64,000 bases of DNA from Urechidicola sp. (GTDB lineage Bacteria > Bacteroidota > Bacteroidia > Flavobacteriales > Flavobacteriaceae). A model generated the notes under the pieces. The model was not told where the DNA came from, searched no databases, and saw only the letters and a program-made list of their open reading frames with translations. The stretch spans positions 41,727-105,726 of the forward strand of contig CBDFJO010000003.1 in assembly GCA_965248525.1 (NCBI GenBank). The letters are read 5' to 3'. Made by a program: the position numbers and the translations under genes. This document shows positions 11,385 through 21,446 of this stretch, in pieces (position 1 is the stretch's first letter; every line of letters starts with the position of its first letter).

Positions 11385-12661
11385 GGTTCAATTAAATTAG
11401 AGTCATTCTGAATAAAAACTATACCTTCAGCAGGAAAATCTGAAAAAGAAATAGCATCTAATTTAGATTTTATTTCGGCAATAGAATTTAAATAAATTGG
11501 TTTTGTTGCTTCTTTCATGGGTTTTGCTGCAGGAAGTTTCTGTTTTAATGGATCTACTTGTTTGCCATTTTTCCAGAAACGATAGCAAACATGTGGCCCT
11601 CCAGTATTTCCTGTCATACCAACGTAACCAATTACATCACCTTGTTTTACGACTTCGCCAACTTTAACTGCTTGTTTACTCATGTGGAGGTATTGTGTAC
11701 TGTATGTCCCATTATGACGGATTTTTACATATTTTCCGTTGCCTCCTTTTCTACGAGATTCGGTTACAGTTCCATTTGCTGTAGCAATAATTGGCGTGCC
11801 TCTTGGCGAAGCAAAGTCTGTTCCCTTATGAGGTCTAATCTTATTTCCATAATATGCAATTCGCCTTCTCAAATTATATCGTGAAGATATTCTATAATTA
11901 AATTTTATAGGTGCTTTTAAAAATTGGCGACGCAATACATTTGTATTCTCATCATAATAATCTTCTATCATATTTGTAGAATCTGCAACAAATTTAAATG
12001 CATAAAATGGTTTTTTACCATGCTCAAAATAGGCTGCTTTTATTTGATGAATTCCAGCAGAAATAGTGTCATCAATATAACGTTCTTCGTAAACTATTTT
12101 AAATCTATCTTTTTTTTGAAGTCTAAAGAAATCGATTGTCCAAGCATAAATAGTTGATAAATCATTTGAAATAACAGCACTCAATCCTTGAGAATCTAAA
12201 GTTTCTGACAGTGAACTTGTAATAATTCCTGAAGCAGTTTTTTCGACATATTTTATTGGTTTTCTATTTTTAATAGCAACAATAGAGTCTGTAAAATCAA
12301 TAACTGTACTTTCTATTTTGTTGTGATGATAGATAAATACTTGTGCTTGATTAGTAGAGTCTTTTTTTGCGAGAAGAAGATAAGGTTTTCCCGCTCTTAA
12401 GTATCTTACATCAAAAGTGTCTTTTATAGTTGTTGTAATTTTATTTATTACTGGATAGTTGACATGATTTCTATCTAAAATAACTCCAAAACTTTCTCCT
12501 TTTTTGACGGTATCTCTAATAACTATATAATCATCAAGATTGTAGCCGAATTCATATAAAGGAGTTGAAGGCTGAAGCTGTGCTACTTCAATTTTTTGAG
12601 ATTTTGTTTCGCAAGATATAAGTATTAATGTGCTAAAAACAAGCACAAGATATTTTTTCAA
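11381..12661 (-). CDS. M23-family peptidase lipoprotein
   Basis: Lipobox LISC; HKGTD and YLH...HVCY zinc motifs. Confidence 0.88.
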   Translation of the reverse strand: MKKYLVLVFSTLILISCETKSQKIEVAQLQPSTPLYEFGYNLDDYIVIRDTVKKGESFGVILDRNHVNYPVINKITTTIKDTFDVRYLRAGKPYLLLAKKDSTNQAQVFIYHHNKIESTVIDFTDSIVAIKNRKPIKYVEKTASGIITSSLSETLDSQGLSAVISNDLSTIYAWTIDFFRLQKKDRFKIVYEERYIDDTISAGIHQIKAAYFEHGKKPFYAFKFVADSTNMIEDYYDENTNVLRRQFLKAPIKFNYRISSRYNLRRRIAYYGNKIRPHKGTDFASPRGTPIIATANGTVTESRRKGGNGKYVKIRHNGTYSTQYLHMSKQAVKVGEVVKQGDVIGYVGMTGNTGGPHVCYRFWKNGKQVDPLKQKLPAAKPMKEATKPIYLNSIAEIKSKLDAISFSDFPAEGIVFIQNDSNLIEP

Positions 12662-12717
12662 AGGATTGTATTTTTTAAGATTAAAATATTTTAAACGTCA
12701 AAAATACAATTTTATTT

Positions 12718-13485
12718 TCAAAAAATAATGTTAAAAGGATGTGCCAATCCTTTAAATTGATATAAGTCTGCTTTTAAAGAGCCAACTGATAAATCTGCTT
12801 TTATTCTAATAGGAATTTTGTTTTTATCTGCAGTAATCCAAATAGTTAAACTTTCTTTGGCTTTAAAAATACGTCCAGATTGTACCGAAGGTCTAAATTT
12901 TAAACTTTTGATTTTTCCAAACTTCGTTTTTATTACTTCTTCTCCCAAATATTTCATCTTAAATCCAAAAATTTCATAATCAAGAAACATATCTAATTCT
13001 AATTCGTCGCCAACTTTCAAAGTACTAATGTCCTGATTTCTAAGATGATAAAAAGAAGACAGGATGTCTTGAACATTGTCAATTGTCAATGTTTTTTCTG
13101 TATTTTTTTTATGATCTTTAACGAGTGCCTTTTTTGCTTTTTGATCAAAATATACATCTCTAGAAATAGTATGTCCACCTTCATCAACTCTTCTTTTAAA
13201 ATGATAAGGCTTCAGATTGTCTTTATAAAACCATGTTTGATAATTATCTTCAACCTTAAAAAACAATTTTGTAACACCTGTAGTCCAACCTTTACTAATT
13301 ACATGAAAGGCTTCTTTTTTATCTTTCTTTATTGAATTTATACTTACTGTTGCAAAACCAGCATTTATGAAACCATAATGCATACGGTATTTAAGCCATT
13401 CTCCGCTTTTAAAAACCTCTTCTTTGGATTGTGCATTTGAAATGGTTAAAGTAAAAAGTAATATTCCGAGTACTATTTTTTTCAT
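12718..13485 (-). CDS. DUF3108-like secreted protein
   Basis: Signal peptide MKKIVLG; GEWLKYRMHYG; WITADKNKIP. Confidence 0.7.
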   Translation of the reverse strand: MKKIVLGILLFTLTISNAQSKEEVFKSGEWLKYRMHYGFINAGFATVSINSIKKDKKEAFHVISKGWTTGVTKLFFKVEDNYQTWFYKDNLKPYHFKRRVDEGGHTISRDVYFDQKAKKALVKDHKKNTEKTLTIDNVQDILSSFYHLRNQDISTLKVGDELELDMFLDYEIFGFKMKYLGEEVIKTKFGKIKSLKFRPSVQSGRIFKAKESLTIWITADKNKIPIRIKADLSVGSLKADLYQFKGLAHPFNIIF

Positions 13486-13596
13486 AATTGTTTTAATAGT
13501 TTTTTCTCTTATTGTTTTTAAAATTACAATTACCATTCCAAAAATAAAAAAAGCCTGACGGTTTAACGTTAAGCTTTTCCAAAAATATAGTAAAAA

Positions 13597-14541
13597 TTAT
13601 GATTTTGTTATTATTTTACAATTTTCAAGGTTTGTGATTCCCCAATTTTTAAGTTCTTCTTCATACCATAATTCTGGGAAGAAAATACGTTTTTGATAAC
13701 GAGGATGCATATATTTTTGCCAATTACTTCCACCTGTTGCTTCAATATCTCCATCGCCAAGATACTTGTTTGCAGCATTATAGTGAGCCATCACCCATTT
13801 TACATTTACCGTATGATCGTAATGACGCATGGCATTTATTAAATCACCATTTTTTTGGGTTTCTTTAGGTAGTTGTTTGAATTTTTTTGAAAGATTTATT
13901 TCATTATAATCTTCCATAAAATCAATAAAATCTCCTATATATTTTTTTTCAAACAGTTTTAAAAGGATAGATTTTTCTCCTGTTTCATAATTCTTACCTG
14001 CTGCTTGCCAATATAAGTGATCAAAAGCATTTTTAAAAGGTGTATTTCTATCAATTGTTTTCCTGAATCGAATATCAATTAAATTAATTAATTCTGTTGA
14101 AGCAAATTCTATCTTTCTGTATTGCGCAGATTGAAAACCGCTCGCTGGAGCTAAAGTATTCCTGAATTTTAAATATTGATCTACATCCATTCCGTTCATC
14201 ATTACAGTAAATGAACTTGAAAGCATATCAAAATAACGACTTATGCGAGCTAAATGTTTGGCGAATTTTTCTGCAGTTAGATTTTCTGCCATCGCTACTT
14301 GATCAATTTCCCACAAAATCATTTTAAACAACAATTCATTAACTTGATGGTACATAATAAATACCATTTCGTCTTTTTCAGTTGTTCTGGGAGTTTGCAA
14401 TCCTAAAAGGGCATCAGTTTGTATATAATCCCAATATGTTGTTGGTGTACTCCAAAGTAATCCTTCGAGCATTGTATTAAGAGGAACTCCTAATTTCTTA
14501 TATTTTTCTTCTATTTTTTGAAGTAATTCGTCTTTTTCCAT
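13597..14541 (-). CDS. kynA: Tryptophan 2,3-dioxygenase
   Basis: YWDYIQTD, FIMYHQVNEL, PASGFQSAQYR; start at MEKDELL next to hppD stop. Confidence 0.88.
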   Translation of the reverse strand: MEKDELLQKIEEKYKKLGVPLNTMLEGLLWSTPTTYWDYIQTDALLGLQTPRTTEKDEMVFIMYHQVNELLFKMILWEIDQVAMAENLTAEKFAKHLARISRYFDMLSSSFTVMMNGMDVDQYLKFRNTLAPASGFQSAQYRKIEFASTELINLIDIRFRKTIDRNTPFKNAFDHLYWQAAGKNYETGEKSILLKLFEKKYIGDFIDFMEDYNEINLSKKFKQLPKETQKNGDLINAMRHYDHTVNVKWVMAHYNAANKYLGDGDIEATGGSNWQKYMHPRYQKRIFFPELWYEEELKNWGITNLENCKIITKS

Positions 14542-14542
14542 A

Positions 14543-15706
14543 TTAAAGTGTGCCTCTATTTTTTTGTTCCCGTTCAATAGCTTCAAAAAGTGCTTTAAAA
14601 TTTCCTACACCAAAGGATTGCGCTCCTTTTCGTTGGATAATTTCAAAGAACATTGTTGGTCTATCTACAACAGGTTTTGTAAATAATTGTAATAAATAAC
14701 CTTCGTCATCACGGTCAATAAGAATACCATGTTCTTTAAGAACCTCTACATCTTCATCAATCTTTCCAACACGTTCTAATAAATCATCATAATAAGTGTC
14801 AGGAACGTATAAAAACTCTACTCCTCTATCTCTCAACGCTGAAACAGTCTTTACTATATCATTCGTTGTAGTAGCAATGTGCTGTACGCCTGCTCCTTTA
14901 TAAAAATCTAAATATTCTTCAATTTGTGATTTCTTTTTTCCTTTTGCAGGTTCGTTTATTGGGAACTTAATTCGACCATTTCCGTTAGACATTACCTTTG
15001 ACATCAAGGCAGTATATTCCGTAGAAATATCATCATCAGTAAATGAAATAATTTGTGCGAATCCCATAACTTTAGCATAAAAGTCACACCATGTTTTCAT
15101 TTCTCCCCAACCTACATTACCAACCATATGGTCAATAAATTTCAAACCAACAGGTTCTGGATTGTAATGTGATTCCCATTTTTGATATCCTGGAAGAAAG
15201 GTTCCTTTGTAATTTTTCCGTTCTACAAAAATATGCACCGTTTCACCATACGTATAAATTCCTGAACGCACAACATAACCATCTTTGTCTTCTTCACGTG
15301 TTGGTTTCATAAAAGGCTTTGCACCTCTTTTTGTGGTTTCCTCAAATGCTTTTGTAGCATCCTCAACCCAAAGTGCAATCTCTTTTACACCATCTCCATG
15401 TTTATTAATATGCTCGTTTATTACGCCTCCTTCATCTAAAGGTGTCGTTAAAACCAATCGTATTTTATCTTGCTTCAACACATAAGAAACACGGTCTTTA
15501 ACACCAGTTTCTAATCCTGCAAAAGCATGAGATTGAAATCCAAATGCCGTTTTGTAAAAATGTGCGGATTGTTTTGCATTACCAACATATAATTCTACAT
15601 AATCAGTTCCCAAAAGCGGTAAAAAATCTTCTGCATCTTCAAATAATTTCTCTAATCCGTATTCTGTATTTTGTAAGTTTTTTAAATTTTTTATTTCTGT
15701 TGCCAT
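14543..15706 (-). CDS. hppD: 4-hydroxyphenylpyruvate dioxygenase
   Basis: HGDGV, IDHMVGNV, GVQHIA, FFEIIQR...FGVGNFKALF. Confidence 0.95.
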   Translation of the reverse strand: MATEIKNLKNLQNTEYGLEKLFEDAEDFLPLLGTDYVELYVGNAKQSAHFYKTAFGFQSHAFAGLETGVKDRVSYVLKQDKIRLVLTTPLDEGGVINEHINKHGDGVKEIALWVEDATKAFEETTKRGAKPFMKPTREEDKDGYVVRSGIYTYGETVHIFVERKNYKGTFLPGYQKWESHYNPEPVGLKFIDHMVGNVGWGEMKTWCDFYAKVMGFAQIISFTDDDISTEYTALMSKVMSNGNGRIKFPINEPAKGKKKSQIEEYLDFYKGAGVQHIATTTNDIVKTVSALRDRGVEFLYVPDTYYDDLLERVGKIDEDVEVLKEHGILIDRDDEGYLLQLFTKPVVDRPTMFFEIIQRKGAQSFGVGNFKALFEAIEREQKNRGTL

Positions 15707-15796
15707 AATTTTTATTTTTTGAATGTCATAGTGAACGAAATCAAAATACCTTTAGTTTTTAATACCCCTCACTTTATTCGGAATGATAAGTTGTCT

Positions 15797-16954
15797 TTAT
15801 TTAAACCAAGATTTATAATAGTCATCAACTTCTAATTTTAGTGCTTCTTCGGTAATCATAACAGGATTAAAAGGATCTATCATAACTGCTAACTCTCCTG
15901 TTTCTTTTTTACCAACACTTCGCTCTATTGCTCCTGGATGTGGTCCATGAGGTATTCCTCCAGGGTGCAAAGTAATTTGTCCTTTTTCGATATTATTTCT
16001 ACTCATAAAATCACCATCAACATAGTATAATAATTCTTCAGAATCTATGTTTGAGTGATGATAAGGTGCTGGAATCGCTTGTGGATGATAATCGTACATT
16101 CTTGGCACAAAACTGCAAACCACAAAACCTGCTGCTTCCCATTGTTGATGAATTGGTGGAGGCATGTGAATGCGTCCTGTTATAGGTTCGAAATCGTGAA
16201 TTGAAAATGCATAAGGATAATGAAATCCGTCCCAACCAACCACATCAAAAGGATGATTAGCATGTATATATTCCCAAAGCACACCTTGTTTTTTTGAGAT
16301 GACTTTAAATTCTCCTTTTTCGTCATGTGTTGTTAAATTTTTCGGTAATCTGAAATCACGCTCACAAAATGGCGAATGCTCTAAAAATTGACCAAAATTA
16401 TTTCGGTATCTTGAAGGCGAAAGTATTGGACTAAATGATTCTATATATAATATTCTGTTATCTTCTGTATCAAAATCTATTTGATAAGTTGTTCCTCTTG
16501 GAATAATAAGATAATCGCCATATTTAAAATCAATATTCCCATACATGGTTCGTAATGTTCCTGAACCAATGTGAATGAAGAGCATTTCGTCAGCATCAGA
16601 ATTTCTGTAAAAATAATTTTTTGAAAATTCTTTTGGTGTAGCCAAGCCAATATGTAAATCTTTATTAGTGAATAATGTTTTCCTGCTGTCTAAAAAATCT
16701 TTTTCTGGCTTTAATGAAAAACCTTTAAAACTCAAGGCTTTCATGTTTTTATCTATTGCAATTTTTGGAGATACATCTGCTCCTCTTTTAATTTCACTAA
16801 CTACAGTTGGTGAATGCAAATGATAAATTAATGAGGACATTCCTGCAAATCCTGCAGTTCCAAATAATTCTTCTTGGTATAAACTACCATCTTCTTTTTT
16901 AAAGGTAGTATGTCTTTTTGGTGGAATTTTTCCAAGTGTGTGATATCGAGGCAT
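15797..16954 (-). CDS. hmgA: Homogentisate 1,2-dioxygenase
   Basis: PFDVVGWDG, PYHHSNIDSEE, HPGGIPHGP. Confidence 0.9.
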   Translation of the reverse strand: MPRYHTLGKIPPKRHTTFKKEDGSLYQEELFGTAGFAGMSSLIYHLHSPTVVSEIKRGADVSPKIAIDKNMKALSFKGFSLKPEKDFLDSRKTLFTNKDLHIGLATPKEFSKNYFYRNSDADEMLFIHIGSGTLRTMYGNIDFKYGDYLIIPRGTTYQIDFDTEDNRILYIESFSPILSPSRYRNNFGQFLEHSPFCERDFRLPKNLTTHDEKGEFKVISKKQGVLWEYIHANHPFDVVGWDGFHYPYAFSIHDFEPITGRIHMPPPIHQQWEAAGFVVCSFVPRMYDYHPQAIPAPYHHSNIDSEELLYYVDGDFMSRNNIEKGQITLHPGGIPHGPHPGAIERSVGKKETGELAVMIDPFNPVMITEEALKLEVDDYYKSWFK

Positions 16955-17096
16955 AATTTTTTAAATTAAATGATTGAAAAATTAAATGATTAAAAAATCA
17001 AAATACCTCTATTCTGGATTCCTTTTAATTAAATGATAATTAAGATAGATTAATATGTCTTGCCAAAATGGTTTCATAATAAAACAAATATACATA

Positions 17097-17348
17097 TTAT
17101 TTTGAATGTTCTTGAGTTACTTCAATTACTTTTTCTATTTGAGGTGCATAGCGTTTAATAGTTGCTTCAACTCCATTAGTGAGTGTCATTTGATTTACAG
17201 AACAACTTGTACATGCTCCTTCTAACTGAACTCTTACAATATTATTTTTAATATTTACAAGTGAAATATTTCCTCCATCAGACAATAAAAAGGGTCTGAT
17301 TTCTTCTAAGGCTTTTTCAACATTACTTTGTGTTTCTTGTGCTGTCAT
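17097..17348 (-). CDS. NifU/NfuA-like Fe-S carrier
   Basis: IRPFLLSDGG, GACTSC. Confidence 0.88.
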   Translation of the reverse strand: MTAQETQSNVEKALEEIRPFLLSDGGNISLVNIKNNIVRVQLEGACTSCSVNQMTLTNGVEATIKRYAPQIEKVIEVTQEHSK

Positions 17349-17354
17349 TTCTTG

Positions 17355-18482
17355 TTATTTGGTGCTACAACCACTCATTGTTGTTATTCTTACTACTTCT
17401 GTTGGAGGTAAATCAGAATTTCTTTTTACCAATTCAGAAAGCACATTTTTAGTAATATTTGTAAATATTTCTTCTAACTCTGTTCCGTCTTGTAATGCCA
17501 CAGGACTTCCAAAATCTCCTGATTCTCTAATGCTTTGTACCAATGGTACTTCTCCCAAAAATTTAGTATCTAAATCTATTGCTAAATTCTTTGCACCATC
17601 TTTTCCAAAGATATAATATTTATTGTCAGGCAATTCAGCAGGAGTAAAATAACTCATATTCTCAACAATACCGAGTACAGGAACGTTGATGTTTTCTTGC
17701 TGAAACATTGCAACGCCTTTTTTAGCATCAGCCAAAGCAATGTTTTGAGGAGTACTTACAATTACTGCTCCAGTTAGAGGTAATGCCTGCACGATTGATA
17801 AATGTACATCTCCAGTTCCAGGAGGTAAATCGATAATCAAAAAATCTAATTCTCCCCAATCTGCGTCAAAAATCATTTGGTTTAGTGCCTTTGATGCCAT
17901 TGGTCCACGCCATATTACTGCTTGGTTTGATTGTGTAAAAAATCCGAGAGAAAGAATTTTAACACCATAATTTTCTACAGGTTTCATCTTAGATCTTCCA
18001 TCTATAGTTGTTGAGCGAGGTTTTGCATTAGCAACATCAAACATTAAATGTGTTGATGGACCATAAACATCGGCATCTAAAATACCAACGGCAAATCCGA
18101 TTTTTGATAACGAAACAGCTAAATTTGAAGTGATTGTAGATTTTCCTACTCCTCCTTTTCCTGAAGCAACAGCAATAATATTTTTAACTCCTGGAATTTC
18201 TCTTCCTTTTTTTTGATTTACAGGTTTTTTTGGAACTACAACGGTTACATTTACCTTAATATCTGCTTTTGGATGTACTTTTTCATGAATTATCTTTATG
18301 ATTTCAACTTCTACACGTTTTTTTGCTTGCAAAGAAGGATTCCCTATTTCTACATCAAGAATTACTTCTTTATCAAAAATAACAATGTTTTTTACTGAAT
18401 TACTTTCTACTAAACTTTTCCCTTCTCCAGGAGCAGTAATGTTTTCAAGTGCTGCTAATATATCTTTTTTGAGGATGCTCAC
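17355..18482 (-). CDS. mrp: Mrp/NBP35 (ApbC) Fe-S carrier ATPase
   Basis: SGKGGVGKST, DLPPGTGD, VENMS. Confidence 0.9.
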   Translation of the reverse strand: MSILKKDILAALENITAPGEGKSLVESNSVKNIVIFDKEVILDVEIGNPSLQAKKRVEVEIIKIIHEKVHPKADIKVNVTVVVPKKPVNQKKGREIPGVKNIIAVASGKGGVGKSTITSNLAVSLSKIGFAVGILDADVYGPSTHLMFDVANAKPRSTTIDGRSKMKPVENYGVKILSLGFFTQSNQAVIWRGPMASKALNQMIFDADWGELDFLIIDLPPGTGDVHLSIVQALPLTGAVIVSTPQNIALADAKKGVAMFQQENINVPVLGIVENMSYFTPAELPDNKYYIFGKDGAKNLAIDLDTKFLGEVPLVQSIRESGDFGSPVALQDGTELEEIFTNITKNVLSELVKRNSDLPPTEVVRITTMSGCSTK

Positions 18483-18562
18483 GCTTTTCTAAATTAAAAT
18501 GATTCTAAACAACAAATATACTGTTATTTTTGATTTTCGATGACGATTTTCAAAAGGATGAT

Positions 18563-18901
18563 TTATAAATTTAATTCCTCAGAAGGGTTCCAAAAAACCG
18601 TCTCAAAATCTTGAATTTGGTTGTCAACAACCTTAATTCCTTCACTTTCGAGTAGTTGTTGCATTAAATTTGTTCCATCAAAATGCATTTTGCCAGTCAA
18701 AAGACCTTTCCTGTTTACAACTCTATGTGCTGGAACAGTATCATCATTATGTGAAGCATTCATAGCCCAACCAACCATTCTTGCAGAACGTGCAGCGCCT
18801 ATATATGTTGCAATTGCACCATAACTTGTAACTCTTCCTAAAGGTATAAGACGTGCAACGGCATACGATTTTTCGAAGAAATTATCGTTGGTTCTTTCCA
18901 T
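18563..18901 (-). CDS. MGMT-family alkyltransferase-like protein
   Basis: SYGAIA...ARMVGWA...PAHRVV (no catalytic Cys). Confidence 0.82.
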   Translation of the reverse strand: MERTNDNFFEKSYAVARLIPLGRVTSYGAIATYIGAARSARMVGWAMNASHNDDTVPAHRVVNRKGLLTGKMHFDGTNLMQQLLESEGIKVVDNQIQDFETVFWNPSEELNL

Positions 18902-18924
18902 TGATTAAAAATACAAGTTTTATA

Positions 18925-19602
18925 CTAATAATTCAATCGAAATTTGATATAAGTAATCGCTTTGTTAGTTTCTAAATACTGACTTTCATAAAAAGTTTGC
19001 GTTTCAATCACTTCTTTTGGAGAGTGTTGCTTGTTATTATACACATCATGATGCGCATATATAACTTCATGATTTTCGCCGTGCAAAATTCCTAAAGTAT
19101 AGCCATGCATAAACTCACTATCGGTTTTTAAGTGAATAATCCCATTTGGCTTCAAAATAGCATGGTATTTTTTTAGAAATTCTTGATTCATTAATCGGTG
19201 CTTTGTTCGTGTATATTTTATTTGAGGATCAGGAAATGTAATCCAAACTTCATCGATTTCATTCTCTTCAAAACACGAGTTAATAAGTTCAATTTGAGTG
19301 CGTAGAAAACCTGCATTTGATATATTTTCTTCTAAAGCTGTCTTTGCACCTCGCCAAAAACGTGCACCTTTAATATCTACACCAATAAAATTTTTGTCAG
19401 GATTTTTTTTTGCCAATGCAAGTGTATACTCACCTTTTCCACAGCCTAATTCAAGTACAATAGGATTATCATTCTTAAAAAAAGTATTCCATTTTCCTTT
19501 TAAAAAGAAATTGTTTGATAAGATATCTTCACGAGTTGGCTGAACAACATTAGAGAAAGTATCATTTTCGCGAAATCGCTTTAATTTGTTTTTACTTCCC
19601 AC
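18925..19602 (-). CDS. trmB: tRNA (guanine-N7)-methyltransferase
   Basis: LELGCGKG, FPDPQ, HLKTD. Confidence 0.93.
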   Translation of the reverse strand: MGSKNKLKRFRENDTFSNVVQPTREDILSNNFFLKGKWNTFFKNDNPIVLELGCGKGEYTLALAKKNPDKNFIGVDIKGARFWRGAKTALEENISNAGFLRTQIELINSCFEENEIDEVWITFPDPQIKYTRTKHRLMNQEFLKKYHAILKPNGIIHLKTDSEFMHGYTLGILHGENHEVIYAHHDVYNNKQHSPKEVIETQTFYESQYLETNKAITYIKFRLNY

Positions 19603-19639
19603 GAAAAAGAGATTTTAATAAAATATGAAGAGATTGGAA

Positions 19640-19840
19640 CTATTCTGTTCCTTCATTTTTAAATTTTTTCAATTGTCCCATCCAGTAAACAATTGCAACC
19701 ATACAGATGACAGCAAGAATCCAACTAAAAGTGTTTTGCACCCACCAATTTGAAACATCGTTACGCAACCATTCAAATGGTAGAAATCCAATATTTGTGA
19801 AAAAATCACCAATAACTCTAAAAATATTGTTTGCAATCAT
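19640..19840 (-). CDS. Small conserved membrane protein (DUF6341-like)
   Basis: 66 aa, one TM helix, ends MGQLKKFKNEGTE. Confidence 0.55.
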   Translation of the reverse strand: MIANNIFRVIGDFFTNIGFLPFEWLRNDVSNWWVQNTFSWILAVICMVAIVYWMGQLKKFKNEGTE

Positions 19841-19902
19841 AATTAATTGTATTTACACTGCAAATGTATAAAAACTCATGATGACTGCAAATTTTTTTTA
19901 TG

Positions 19903-20027
19903 ACTTAAGTTAAATTAGCAAATGTAACTTTTTAAGATTCATTTAGCATATCTATTTTTATCAATATTGGAATTTAAAAAAGTATAAAAATTTGATAATT
20001 ATTGCGTATTGTAGAATTTTATTTATC
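19903..20027. repeat. Conserved array-tail element, copy 1
   Basis: Roughly 80% identical by eye to 50520-50646; both abut the last attC-like site of an array. Confidence 0.75.
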
Positions 20028-20147
20028 GGTTTTGTATAAGATTTGTGCGGCTTAAAATCCGTAGGATTTTCAGCCTATTACAAATGTTTGTTGGTTGTTT
20101 TGGTTTTCAATTTTTCTTTAAATATAGCATAAAACTTATACGTTGTT
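20025..20147 (-). other. attC-like site (terminal, GAT core)
   Basis: tgtataag...cttatac arms, inner ggct.aaaatcc/ggatttt.agcc hairpin, ends gttgttagcaaac. Confidence 0.65.
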
Positions 20148-20157
20148 AGCAAACGTT

Positions 20158-20664
20158 TTAATTTCTATCCTCAATTATATTTTCAATATTTCCGTTATCA
20201 ATTTTGACTTCATCTTTTTCAGACAGAATTGCAAGTTTTACTGTCTCCAGAATTTCTCCGTGTGTTTGATTAAATAATTTATTCAATGCATTTTCGGGAA
20301 AGTCAGATGTTTTATTTTTTATGGCGAGTTTAATGATTTCACGACTTCTCGTGCTATCACAGATTTCCATTAACATCATAGCCATACTTATTGAATCATA
20401 CTTTTTCCAATATGACTCTTCCTTTAAATAAAATTTTTCTCGTGCTTTTGAATAATATTTTTGAGCCTCTTTATTATTCTCCGATATTTCTAGGATTAAG
20501 GCTCTTTGAGCAAGATAATAATACGATTCAGGATTTTCGTTTATTAACTTTTTATTGATTTCAAGTTCATTGCCAAACTTTTCGTTTTCAGTCAACTTGG
20601 TTGTCTTTTCTTTTTGACAACTTATTGTGATAATTAATGTTAATATTAGAAGTTTAATTTTCAT
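20158..20664 (-). CDS. Cassette-borne hypothetical lipoprotein (TPR-like helices)
   Basis: Lipobox TISC; flanked by gttagcaaacgtt (20145) and aatgtttgctaat (20669-20681). Confidence 0.65.
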   Translation of the reverse strand: MKIKLLILTLIITISCQKEKTTKLTENEKFGNELEINKKLINENPESYYYLAQRALILEISENNKEAQKYYSKAREKFYLKEESYWKKYDSISMAMMLMEICDSTRSREIIKLAIKNKTSDFPENALNKLFNQTHGEILETVKLAILSEKDEVKIDNGNIENIIEDRN

Positions 20665-20668
20665 TCGT

Positions 20669-20730
20669 AATGTTTGCTAATGTTAAGATAAAGTTTCGTT
20701 TTAATGAACTTTATCTTACGATATGTAAAG
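20669..20730 (-). other. Palindromic recombination-site-like sequence upstream of the cassette gene
   Basis: taagataaagtt/aactttatctta inverted repeat next to a degenerate core (ATT for GTT). Confidence 0.5.
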
Positions 20731-20810
20731 TTAGTTCAAATAATTGAGAAAGTCAAGTTTTATCAATTCTAAAATTTTATTGAGATAAAGTTGCATTTGC
20801 TAATTGAACT

Positions 20811-21016
20811 TAAAATTTACTAGCAAAACTGTACAAACTAACAAGCAAAGACTTGCTTTTTACTTATATCAAATAAAAGAGGTGATAGTACTTCAAATAA
20901 ACAACTTTAAACCAGCTAAAAATTTAGAATTCACATAAATTTTAAAATAGGTTTTCTCTAAAAATCGCTTATGTCAACTTTTTTGGACTGATTTTATATT
21001 CTTGTGCAACGATTAC
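20811..21016 (+). mobile_element. IS1182-family right-end remnant (~205 bp)
   Basis: Matches the last ~205 bp of the element at 61721-63467; ends cttgtgcaacgattac. Confidence 0.88.
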
Positions 21017-21096
21017 CCGTGTTGTAACCAGTACTTTTCCTAACTATCTTTTTATTCGAGGTGTTGTTGTTAGAATAGTAAAATAATCAATACTAT

Positions 21097-21446
21097 TTAA
21101 GATTTTAAACAACTTCGAATATTACAAAAATGTCCAATAATTGATGTTGAGAATAGAAACATTCCATATTCAAAAATTTCGGCACGTTCTTCGAGCAATA
21201 TGGATATCACAAAACCAGTAAAAACAATCCATAAAAACAGATTAATTCCTTTGGTGAAATTTCATTTTGTAGCTTTATAAATGGAAATAAATGCTGTCAA
21301 AACAAAGCCAAAAGCAATAATTGGATTACTCAGAAAACCAATTCCCATAGCTAAAAATGTAGGAACTGCAAGGCAATGGACGATACAGAGAATAGAACTA
21401 ATAACCCCTAATTTATCTGCCCAATATATTTTTTTGTTTGTATCAT
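21097..21446 (-). pseudogene. MerC-domain membrane protein, inactivated
   Basis: WADKLGVISSILCIVHCLAVP motif; -1 slip in A7 run near start and in-frame TGA at 21262-21264. Confidence 0.7.

Noticed and set aside
13597-16954. kynA-hppD-hmgA cluster as a novelty
   Set aside because: Ordinary aromatic amino-acid catabolism arrangement for this family.
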